From: an uncultured Desulfobacterales bacterium
Lineage (GTDB): Bacteria; Desulfobacterota; Desulfobaccia; Desulfobaccales; 0-14-0-80-60-11
Reading direction: 5' to 3'
Length of the DNA stretch: 64,000 bases
Assembly (NCBI GenBank): GCA_964618815.1
Contig: CAZUBT010000006.1
Coordinates: 739-64,738 of the forward strand
A model generated the notes under the pieces. That model was not told where the DNA came from. It ran no database searches and was given only the letters and a program-made list of their open reading frames with translations. The position numbers and the translations under genes were made by a program. This document shows, piece by piece, positions 19,960-27,825 of the stretch. Position 1 is the stretch's first letter. Each line of letters starts with the position of its first letter.

Positions 19960-20445
19960 CTAGCCCACTCCCCCCAAATTCATAACTATCTCCAAGACCA
20001 ACCGCGCCATCACCCCGGCCACCACGTCGTCCGCCACCACTTCCAACCCGCCGGAGGGGCCGGAGCAGAAATAACGGATGGGGGGCGGCTTTAGGATGTC
20101 CAGGACCCGAAATATCAAAAAGCCGGCCAGGGCGCATTGCCAGGATAAGGGGACGCCCGCCAGGGTAATCAACATCCCCGCCACTTCATCGATGACGATG
20201 GCGGGATGGTCCTCCCGTCCCAGCCATCCTTGGGCCGGGCCCGCGGCCCACAGGGCAATGCCCAGAAGCGCCGCCACTCCCAGGCCGTAGCCCCAGGGGC
20301 CGGCCTGGGCCAGGAGCCACCACAGGGGCAGGGCCGCCAGGGAACCCCAGGTGCCGGGCGCTACGGGCAGGTAGCCCGCCCCTCCCCAGGTGGCCAGGGC
20401 CAGGATCAGCCGCCGACGTGCCAGGCTGTCTGCCGGTGTCTTCAT
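19960..20445 (-). CDS. pgpA: phosphatidylglycerophosphatase A
   Basis: 161 aa; GTWGSLAALP and IDEVAG motifs typical of PgpA. Confidence 0.85.
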   Translation of the reverse strand: MKTPADSLARRRLILALATWGGAGYLPVAPGTWGSLAALPLWWLLAQAGPWGYGLGVAALLGIALWAAGPAQGWLGREDHPAIVIDEVAGMLITLAGVPLSWQCALAGFLIFRVLDILKPPPIRYFCSGPSGGLEVVADDVVAGVMARLVLEIVMNLGGVG

Positions 20446-20620
20446 CTTAACGTTTCAGAAATACATGGATTTAATGCGCTTGTCAATGGTTCCCGGATCA
20501 GAGCTGAATGCAGGCATGCACTGGATGATTATATGCAGCGCCGCCGCCCTCGACGGTGTTGCGACAACCTTGGAAACTCATGTGGTCTGCCGTGATCGCT
20601 GCCGGCGCCGGCTGTTCTTT

Positions 20621-20646
20621 GGTGGCACAGGCTTTCCAGCCTGTGC
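20621..20646. repeat. REP-like hairpin, family A (GGTGGCACAGGCTTTCCAGCCTGTGC)
   Basis: Identical or near-identical copies at 10398-10423, 24183-24208, 44676-44701; variants at 47929-47951, 49263-49286 and inside both MITE copies. Confidence 0.85.
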
Positions 20647-20894
20647 ATGAGCAGGCGAGGGCGCCTACTCCACATTTTTCGGGTCTCACCGACGAAATGC
20701 CCAATGGCCTTTACCATTGCCGATATCCAAGGTTCTATCGGGTGCGAAACTTGATTTCATGAGTTGTCAGTTTTTCGGCCACCGTGTATTAAAGGCGCTT
20801 TGATGCAGGGGCAGGGGAACGCCCCCCCAAGGTTATCTTCCCTGGAGCAGAAAAGAGCTTACAAATTAAACAGATATTTCCTATAATTGCAACT

Positions 20895-22175
20895 ATGCGT
20901 CTTCATCAGGCGGAACCTCCGACCCCTCAACCCCGCATCGTCCCCCGTCCGGAGCACATCGTGTCCCGGCGAGACATCGCCCTGGAAGCCCTCAAGGTGC
21001 TTTATCGCCTGCTGCACGCGGGATACACCGCGTATCTGGTGGGAGGGAGTGTCCGGGACCTGCTTTTGGGCAAGCAGCCCAAAGACTTCGACTTGGCGAC
21101 CAACGCTCGGCCCGGGGAGCTCCGCAAGCTGTTTCGCAACAGCCGCATCATCGGCCGCCGCTTTCGCCTGGTACAGGTCTTCTTCCGGGGCGGCTATATT
21201 GTGGAGGTCTCCACCTTCCGTTGCCGCTCTGAGTTCGATGAGGTGGAAGAGGTGGACGCGCCCCGGAAAGAGACTTTCGGCACCCCCGCGGAAGACGCGA
21301 TGCGCCGGGATTTGACCATCAACGGCCTGTTTTATAATGTCGCCGACTTTTCCCTGGTGGATTACGTGGGGGGCCTGGAAGACCTCAAGGCCCGGAAGAT
21401 CCGGGTCATCGGGGACCCCGCGGTGCGCTTTGAGCGGGACCCGGTGCGCATGTTGCGGGTGTTGCGCCATGCGGCCCGCATCGGTTTCGACATCGACCCC
21501 CGGGCTTGGGCGGAAATCCGTGCCAGGGGCAGCCTCATCCGCACCTGCGTGCCGTCCCGGGTCCGGGACGAAATTCTCAAGGATTTTCGCAGCGCCGCGG
21601 CCCGGCCATTCTTTCAGTTGATGCTGGACTCCCGCCTGTTTTATGCCATTTTCCCCGCCTGGGACTCCCGCCTGGGGAGCGCCGGAGAGGCTCGCCTGCT
21701 GGACCTTTGCGGCCGGCTGGATCGCCTGGTGCAAGCCGAGGTCCCCATTTCCGAGGGCCTGCTGTGGGCGATTTTTCTCACCGCGTTTCTGGAACAGGGC
21801 CCCACGGCCCGGGATTTTAAAGAGCTGCGGGAATCCATGCAGGAACAGGCCCGCCAGGCCCTGGGAGGCATCGAATTTCCCCGGCAGCGCCAGGAGGACG
21901 TGACCCAGATGCTGGCCCTGGAAGGGATTATCACCCCCTTCCTCCGGCAAGGACGCCCCATCCCGGCCCGCTACCTCCGATTGACCGCCTACCCCGACGC
22001 CTGGCTGTTGCACCGGATCAAGACCGCGCCGGAGGGGGAACTCCTGGAAAGATGCCGGCCCGAGGACATCCCGCCCCGCACCGCCCCACCCAAAAAGCGC
22101 CACCGCCAACGCCGACGCCGGGGACGCGGGGGCGGAGAGAAAAGAGAAGAAAAGAAATCTGGGGGAGGGGGCTGA
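20895..22175 (+). CDS. pcnB: poly(A) polymerase I / tRNA nucleotidyltransferase superfamily
   Basis: YLVGGSVRDLLLG...DFD head domain plus the PAP-type RIIGRRFRLVQV motif; Arg/Lys-rich C-terminal tail. Confidence 0.8.
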   Translation: MRLHQAEPPTPQPRIVPRPEHIVSRRDIALEALKVLYRLLHAGYTAYLVGGSVRDLLLGKQPKDFDLATNARPGELRKLFRNSRIIGRRFRLVQVFFRGGYIVEVSTFRCRSEFDEVEEVDAPRKETFGTPAEDAMRRDLTINGLFYNVADFSLVDYVGGLEDLKARKIRVIGDPAVRFERDPVRMLRVLRHAARIGFDIDPRAWAEIRARGSLIRTCVPSRVRDEILKDFRSAAARPFFQLMLDSRLFYAIFPAWDSRLGSAGEARLLDLCGRLDRLVQAEVPISEGLLWAIFLTAFLEQGPTARDFKELRESMQEQARQALGGIEFPRQRQEDVTQMLALEGIITPFLRQGRPIPARYLRLTAYPDAWLLHRIKTAPEGELLERCRPEDIPPRTAPPKKRHRQRRRRGRGGGEKREEKKSGGGG

Positions 22176-22184
22176 GGGCTTGGG

Positions 22185-22233
22185 ACAGTTGTTAGTTGTT
22201 AGTTGTTAGTTATTAGTTATTAGTTGTTAGTTT
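22185..22233. repeat. heptanucleotide tandem array (TAGTTGT/TAGTTAT)
   Basis: Seven 7-nt units immediately after the pcnB stop. Confidence 0.9.
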
Positions 22234-22389
22234 GGTGAAAGTGGTCCCGAGATTCTATTACCGGCAACTGAGAAATGACAACTGACCGTTAATAATGCCG
22301 GGCACGGAGGCCGGCCCCACCATAAGATAAAAAATCAGGGATTGTTAGCCTGAGATAGATAAGAATAACTTGTTGACTGACTAAATCCT

Positions 22390-22512
22390 GGTTTCCAAGC
22401 TCCTGTTCCCAAAAGTTCAAAGTTCAAGGTTCAAAGTTCAAAGTTGGGAGTATGCCCACCAGGACTTTTCATAATTTACGGGTGGGCTAAAGGCCCATGA
22501 ACGACTGCCCTG
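22390..22512 (+). repeat. about 125-bp composite element (GGTTTCCAAG..., AAGTTCA array, TTTCATAATTTACGGGTGGGCTAAAGGCCCATG)
   Basis: Copies at 41672-41797 (+) and 52622-52722 (-); partial copy at 22604-22653. Confidence 0.8.
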
Positions 22513-22540
22513 AAAAGTTTCGAGTTTTGAGTTTCGAGTC

Positions 22541-22564
22541 GTGGGGCGGGCCTCCGTGCCCGCC
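22541..22564. repeat. REP-like hairpin, family C (GTGGGGCGGGCCTCCGTGCCCGCC)
   Basis: Copies at 22297-22320, 43241-43264, 50315-50338; inverted doublets at 55460-55538 and 56954-57086. Confidence 0.85.
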
Positions 22565-22756
22565 AAAGTAGGGTGCGTTCCACGCACCATCAGTCCCCCC
22601 CCTTTCATACTTTACGGGTGAGCCAAAGGCTCATGTTCAATTGCTTGGGAACCCCCTTATCTGCCAAGCTCCCGCCTGGCGAAATAATTCATGGTATTTT
22701 AAGAGGTTGAATATACTACTCGGAGCCTTAATTGTGGTGCATCGGTTATGCGCAAC

Positions 22757-22785
22757 GTAGGGGCGGGTTTTAAACCCGCCCCTAC
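22757..22785. repeat. perfect palindrome GTAGGGGCGGGTTTTAAACCCGCCCCTAC
   Basis: 29-nt self-complementary sequence with GTAG/CTAC at both ends. Confidence 0.8.
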
Positions 22786-22903
22786 ATCAACGCAACATAT
22801 TTTATGCTCTGAATAGTAAGTTAAAGCTGTCCCCAAGCAGAGCTTGGGAACGAGAAAGGAAGCAATCTACCGTCTGACCTATCTTAGGATAACACTCTCA
22901 CTT

Positions 22904-24142
22904 TTATTTTTCCAAAATCACCCGCTTAAACCGCCGCTTGCCCACTTTCAGCAGATAAGTAGCCCCCGCGGCCAATTCCAGATTGACGTCCGTGACCTTT
23001 TCCCCATCCACCTGCACGCCGCCCTGGGTAATGAGGCGCCGGGCCTCCGAGGTGCCGGGAGTCAGACCCGCGTCCGCCAGCACCCGGGCGATCCACTGCT
23101 TAGGCTCCTGGAGTTTAAGGGTAACTTCTTCGATTTCCTCCGGCAGGGCGTGGTCCCGGAAGATGCGGGCGAACTCCTCGGCCGCATGGTCCCCCGCGGC
23201 CCGGCCATGGTAGCGACCCACCAGTTCCACTGCTAAATCCTCTTTCACCTGGCGGGGGTGTTTTCTCCCTTGGGCTAAATCCTCTTTGAGCCGGGCCAGG
23301 TCGGCGGGGGTAATGTCCGTGAGGAGCTCAAAAAACCGCAGCATCAGGGGGTCCGAGACGCTCATGATTTTTCCGAACATCTCCTGGGGGGGCTCGTCGA
23401 TGCCCACGTAATTGCCCAGGGATTTGCTCATTTTCTGGACCCCGTCCAACCCCTCCAGGAGCGGCACGGTAATGACCACCTGAGGCTCCAGGCCGTACCC
23501 CCGCTGGATTTCCCGGCCCACCAGGAGATTGAACTTCTGGTCCGTGCCTCCCAATTCCACGTCCGCCTTCAACGCCACAGAATCGTATGCCTGGATCAGG
23601 GGGTAAAGAAACTCATGGATGGCGATGGGCGTCTGGGCGGTGTAGCGCTTGTGAAAGTCGTCCCGCTCCAACATGCGGGCCACGGTGTGCCGGGCCGCCA
23701 GACGGATGAGGTCCTGGGCCTTCATGGCCTTCATCCAGCGGCTGTTGAAGTCGATGACGGTCTTCTCCGGGTCCAGGATCTTGAAGATCTGGCGCTGATA
23801 GGTGGCCGCGTTGGCGGTCACTTCCTCCTCCGTCAGGGGCGGGCGGGTTTCGTTTTTGCCCGAGGGGTCGCCGATGAGGCCGGTGAAATCGCCGATGAGA
23901 AAGATCACCTGGTGGCCCAGGTCCTGAAAGTGCTTGAGCTTCTGGATGAGCACCGTGTGCCCCAGGTGCAAATCCGGCGCGGTGGGATCAAACCCGGCCT
24001 TGACCCGCAGGGGCTTCCCCGTGGCTAGGGCCCGTTCCAGGCGCTCTTTAAGTTCCTCTTCCCGGATAATCTCCTGACAGCCCTGCCGGATGAGGGCCAG
24101 TTGTTCCGCTACGGGTTTCACGTTAATGTTCACTCCAATCAT
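22904..24142 (-). CDS. tyrS: tyrosine--tRNA ligase (with C-terminal S4 domain)
   Basis: HLGH and KMSKS class I motifs; 412 aa. Confidence 0.95.
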   Translation of the reverse strand: MIGVNINVKPVAEQLALIRQGCQEIIREEELKERLERALATGKPLRVKAGFDPTAPDLHLGHTVLIQKLKHFQDLGHQVIFLIGDFTGLIGDPSGKNETRPPLTEEEVTANAATYQRQIFKILDPEKTVIDFNSRWMKAMKAQDLIRLAARHTVARMLERDDFHKRYTAQTPIAIHEFLYPLIQAYDSVALKADVELGGTDQKFNLLVGREIQRGYGLEPQVVITVPLLEGLDGVQKMSKSLGNYVGIDEPPQEMFGKIMSVSDPLMLRFFELLTDITPADLARLKEDLAQGRKHPRQVKEDLAVELVGRYHGRAAGDHAAEEFARIFRDHALPEEIEEVTLKLQEPKQWIARVLADAGLTPGTSEARRLITQGGVQVDGEKVTDVNLELAAGATYLLKVGKRRFKRVILEK

Positions 24143-24349
24143 ATTTTCTTCACCATCTCTTGCCCCGAAAAGTTAAAAAAATGGTGGCACAGGCTTTCCA
24201 GCCTGTGCCGGAGCGCGGCACGCGCCTTAAAATAATGGTGCGTAGAACGCACAAACAGGCAAGAAGCCCCGATGGTATTACCGCTCAAAGGATCCAGCCT
24301 CTCTACTCGGGAAAATTATTATATGTGCGTCCTACGTACCATAATAAAT

Positions 24350-25201
24350 TTATGACTCTATAGATCTTATCGCTGTAATTCTTGTATATAACACTTTGTT
24401 ATCATCTGAAAGTGTAACAGGGTTACCGGATGGTTCATGTTTGTATGCTATTTCCTTTATTTCAAAAATGTTACAACGAAAACATTTAGCCTTATCAGGA
24501 TAAAAAAGACATATATTGTGGCCATCTTTACAAAGTGAACTTTTATAAGCAATCCCTTCATAACCAATTGTTTTTAATTTCTCGGATAGATATTGTGTTG
24601 GCAAATATTTTAAACTATAATCATATGGTGATATTGGTCGTGAAAACGCTGAATTTATATCACCCCAAATTAATTCCTCTTTTTGAGCATCTGAATAGGT
24701 TATAGGGCGCATTTCCATGTTATCAAAGTAAAGTTCATTCTTAGAATAGATTTTTGGCTCATCAGTAGATGTATCAACAATTTTTATGTCTTCACTGGTT
24801 TTAAAATGTCCTATAGTAATCTCTGATTTAATCCATGGCCTTACTTCTGCAATTGCTGTATCCTTATTTGTAGAAAGGTATAAATATGGAATACCTTTTG
24901 GGTTTAAGCGCCCTTCTATAGCTTTATCTTTTGAAGGAGGTCCCATATCAAGAGGAGATATAGGACAAGGCTCTTCAGCTCCATCATCGAAGGTTATCCA
25001 GTCTGAACCTATTCTTGCACGAACTAAAGTTGTGCCCTTTGGTAGAATCATAGTTCTTTTGTGTGATGTCTCCACAACTGTTTGGATAAAATTCTCCCAA
25101 TATTCAGAAAGGATAAATCGATTAATTTCGCTTAAATATTTCGCAAATTTCTGCCAATCCTCTGGATCAATGAATTGTATATTTCTATTATTCGGTTTCA
25201 T
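24350..25201 (-). CDS. RES-domain protein (NAD+-targeting toxin fold), extended form
   Basis: LVRARIG, GRLNPKGIPYLYLS..AIAEV and YLPTQYLS...GYEGIAYKSS...GHNICLF reproduce the Arg/Glu/Ser RES layout; start set to the ATG at 25201, 6 nt after GGAGGA; about 28-30% GC. Confidence 0.8.
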   Translation of the reverse strand: MKPNNRNIQFIDPEDWQKFAKYLSEINRFILSEYWENFIQTVVETSHKRTMILPKGTTLVRARIGSDWITFDDGAEEPCPISPLDMGPPSKDKAIEGRLNPKGIPYLYLSTNKDTAIAEVRPWIKSEITIGHFKTSEDIKIVDTSTDEPKIYSKNELYFDNMEMRPITYSDAQKEELIWGDINSAFSRPISPYDYSLKYLPTQYLSEKLKTIGYEGIAYKSSLCKDGHNICLFYPDKAKCFRCNIFEIKEIAYKHEPSGNPVTLSDDNKVLYTRITAIRSIES

Positions 25202-25287
25202 AACCGATCCTCCCATGGTTTATCGGCAGTGGACACAAATCGGGGGCGGCAACACTCGGGCCGGTCCGCTTCTTGCCGCTTCTTATC

Positions 25288-25536
25288 TCACCTCCTTTTC
25301 GATTTCCCGTCTTTGTAACCTTGTTCATAACCTTGTTTGTAAGTTTTATCTAGCCAGTTAAATATCTTGATAAGAGCCAGCAAGGCCAGGAACGCGACTA
25401 CGATCAAGACGATGACGAACACCCAATCTTGTCTAGTCCAATTCGGGAGTGCCCACACTAGGAACAAAAGGAACAAAATGGCAAAAACCCAGCAGACGAT
25501 CTTTTCTGCCAATTTATTCGCTTCAAACTGATCCAT
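25288..25536 (-). CDS. 82-aa two-TM membrane protein with basic C-terminal tail, unknown family
   Basis: ATG at 25536 directly preceded by GAGGCGGAGG; two hydrophobic helices (IVCWVFAILFLLFLVWAL, WVFVIVLIVVAFLALLALI); same strand and same low GC as the RES gene 86 nt downstream. Confidence 0.6.
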   Translation of the reverse strand: MDQFEANKLAEKIVCWVFAILFLLFLVWALPNWTRQDWVFVIVLIVVAFLALLALIKIFNWLDKTYKQGYEQGYKDGKSKRR

Positions 25537-25730
25537 CCTCCGCCTCTTTTCCCTGAGATATGTTCGCTCGTTCCCAAGTTGCACTTGGGGACGAAAATTT
25601 TGTCCAGGTTTAATTTGGCGGGAGAGGCGTTCCCAACCGCAGCTTTCAGTTAGTGGTAGGCCGTGCCACCCTACATTTTATTTGTGTCTTTGCGCTTTTG
25701 CGTGAGACCTATCTTTTCGGATCAAAAACC

Positions 25731-26774
25731 TTATGTCATCACCCGAATCCGCCCGGCCCCGGTGCTCGTAACCTCGCCGATGACCGCGGCTTCGGTGAGG
25801 CCCCGCTCCATCAAGCGATGCATCAGGGTCTCGCCATATTGCGGCGCCACCGCAATGAACAAACCCCCAGAGGTCTGGGCGTCGCTCATCAGGTCCAGGT
25901 CCACTGGCGCGACTTGGGGGTCAATGACCAGGTGTTTCTCGCAGAACCGCCGGTTGGCGTGGGTGCCCGCGGGGACCAGGCCCATGGCGGCGTATTCCCT
26001 GGCCCAGGGAAGCACCGGCACCCGGCCGGCATAGATGGTCAATTCCGCCTTACTTGCCAGGGCCATTTCCAGGCCGTGGCCCAACAACCCGAAGCCGGTG
26101 ATGTCCGTCACCGCGTGCACCTCCAGGCCCTCCAGGGCTTCCGCGGCGGCCCGGTTGAGGGCGCTCATGACCCGGACGGCGGCGGCCTCGGCTTCCGGGG
26201 AGGCCAGGCGGCCCTTCAAGGCGGTGGCGATGATGCCGGTGCCCAGGGGCTTGGTGAGAATCAGCACATCCCCCACCCGGGCCCCCCCCTTGGTAAAAAT
26301 GCGCTCCGGATGCACCAGCCCCGTCACCGCCATCCCGTATTTCAGTTCCGGATCCTCAACGCTGTGGCCTCCCACCAACAGGGCCCCGGCTTCATGGAGC
26401 TTATCCAGCCCCCCCCGGAGGATGGCCTTGAGGACCTCGGCAGGGGTGGTCTTCAAAGGAAAGCAGACGATATTCAGGGCCGTGAGGGGCCGGCCCCCCA
26501 TGGCATAGACGTCGCTCAAGGCGTTGGCCGCGGCGATCTGCCCGAACTGGTATGGATCATTGACCACGGGGGTAAAAAAGTCCACCGTCTGAATCAGGGC
26601 CACATCCGGGGAAAGACGAAACACCCCGGCGTCATCCGCAGCCTCCAGACCCACCAGCAGATCTGGATGGGTCTGAAAGGGCAGACTCTTTAAGACTTCC
26701 TCCAGGACCCCCGGAGGTATCTTGGAAGCTCAGCCCGCGGCCCGGACTTGCTCTACCAAGGGGATGGTGGTCAT
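25731..26774 (-). CDS. selD: selenide, water dikinase (selenophosphate synthetase), selenocysteine-containing
   Basis: ORF track starts at 26654, but the frame continues upstream through TGA (26730-26732) to ATG at 26774, giving MTTIPLVEQVRAAGUASKIPPGVLEEVL; U aligns with the catalytic Cys/Sec of the SelD GxG(C/U)xxK loop. Confidence 0.9.
26695..26729 (-). promoter_or_regulatory. candidate SECIS hairpin downstream of the selD UGA
   Basis: 12 nt after UGA: CCUCC-GGGGGUCCU-GGAGG (5-bp stem, loop containing GGUC); short stem, so tentative. Confidence 0.35.
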
Positions 26775-26796
26775 TTTCTTCAAAGGTTGCCTCGAT

Positions 26797-26935
26797 GAGT
26801 TGACAGTTAACAGTTAACAGTTGATAGTTGACAGTTGACAGTTCTGATTTGACAGTTCTCAGTGATTAGTTGTCTCGCACTTCTGACCTTTGGCTCTTTT
26901 TGCTGTCAACTGTCAACTGTCAACTGTCAACTGTT
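26797..26935. repeat. inverted heptamer arrays (CAGTTGA x about 10, then TCAACTG x 4)
   Basis: 26797-26873 and 26903-26935 are mutually complementary arrays filling the selD-nitroreductase spacer. Confidence 0.9.
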
Positions 26936-26936
26936 A

Positions 26937-27509
26937 TCAAAACCCCAACCACCGGACTTCCCGGTCTTTGCGGGGGGGGACGGGGGGTTCTTTGGCGGAG
27001 TAGCCTATGGGGGTGATGGCCAGAAGCTGCTGGTCGGGTTTGCCCAGGAACTTTAGGAGTGGTTTTTCCACCAAGAGCACCCCGGTCATCCAGCAACTTC
27101 CCAGGCCCTCGGCGTGGGCCGCCAGGAGCAGGTTTTGGAACAGGGCGGCGCCGCTTTGGAGGTTGGACATCTGCATGTCGGGCTCGGGATTCTTGTAGAT
27201 GGTCACCGCGATGACCACCGGCGCGCCTCCCAGGTTCTTGAAGAACCCCTTGACCATTTCCAGGGCTTTTTCCGGCACCCCGGCCTTTTCCAGATGCGGC
27301 ATGATATAGGGGATGCAGCCGGCGGCCAGGGCCACGAATTCCTCCCGGGCCTTCCCGGCCAGAACCGTGATTTCCCAGGCCTGGGCATTGGTGCCGGAAG
27401 GGGCCCATAAACCGGCATTGACTACCCGTTCCAGGGCCTCTTTGGGAGGCATCTCCGGCCAATACAGCCGGTGGCTGCGGCGATTATAAATGGCTTCGTA
27501 GATCTCCAT
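26937..27509 (-). CDS. nitroreductase family protein
   Basis: N-terminal IYNRRSHR and later SGTNAQAW motifs typical of NfsB/FRase-type nitroreductases. Confidence 0.85.
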   Translation of the reverse strand: MEIYEAIYNRRSHRLYWPEMPPKEALERVVNAGLWAPSGTNAQAWEITVLAGKAREEFVALAAGCIPYIMPHLEKAGVPEKALEMVKGFFKNLGGAPVVIAVTIYKNPEPDMQMSNLQSGAALFQNLLLAAHAEGLGSCWMTGVLLVEKPLLKFLGKPDQQLLAITPIGYSAKEPPVPPRKDREVRWLGF

Positions 27510-27690
27510 CCTTCCTCCTTAGACTTGACGGTCCCATGGCCTCCAAGGTTGGGTCGGTGGAGCCGTCGTCCACCACCACCACCTCATAGGCCCTGTGGGT
27601 CTGGGCCAGGGCCGAGGCCGCCGCCCGGCGCACCAGGGCCGCCCGGTTGTAAGTGGGGATGATGACGCTCACCGAAGGTTGCCGCGACAT
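27484..27690 (-). pseudogene. N-terminal remnant of a family-2 glycosyltransferase
   Basis: VSVIIPTYNRAALV...EVVVVDDGSTDPT is the GT2 N-terminal signature, but the ORF stops after 68 aa and overlaps the nitroreductase start. Confidence 0.5.
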
Positions 27691-27825
27691 GGAGAGAAGT
27701 TATCAAAATTTCAGGAATATTCAAGCCGCAAAGATTGATGGCGGATTTTCTTTTATTGAAATTAGCACGGAGCGATATTTTTGTGATAAATTTATACGTT
27801 GATAGGTTAGCCATAGGAGCTTTTC

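Noticed and set aside
19772-20137. 121-aa minus-strand ORF overlapping the pgpA 3' end
   Set aside because: Its C-terminal half is the translation of the triple-hairpin G5/C5 repeat; it is out of frame with pgpA.
20859-22109. 416-aa minus-strand ORF opposite pcnB
   Set aside because: Antisense to a gene with clear nucleotidyltransferase motifs; composition artefact.
25653-26693. 346-aa plus-strand ORF opposite selD
   Set aside because: Antisense to SelD; no motifs.
26797-26935. Possibility that the regular short repeats are CRISPR arrays
   Set aside because: The period is 7 nt with no unique spacers. The REP hairpins are dispersed, not regularly spaced, and no cas genes are present.
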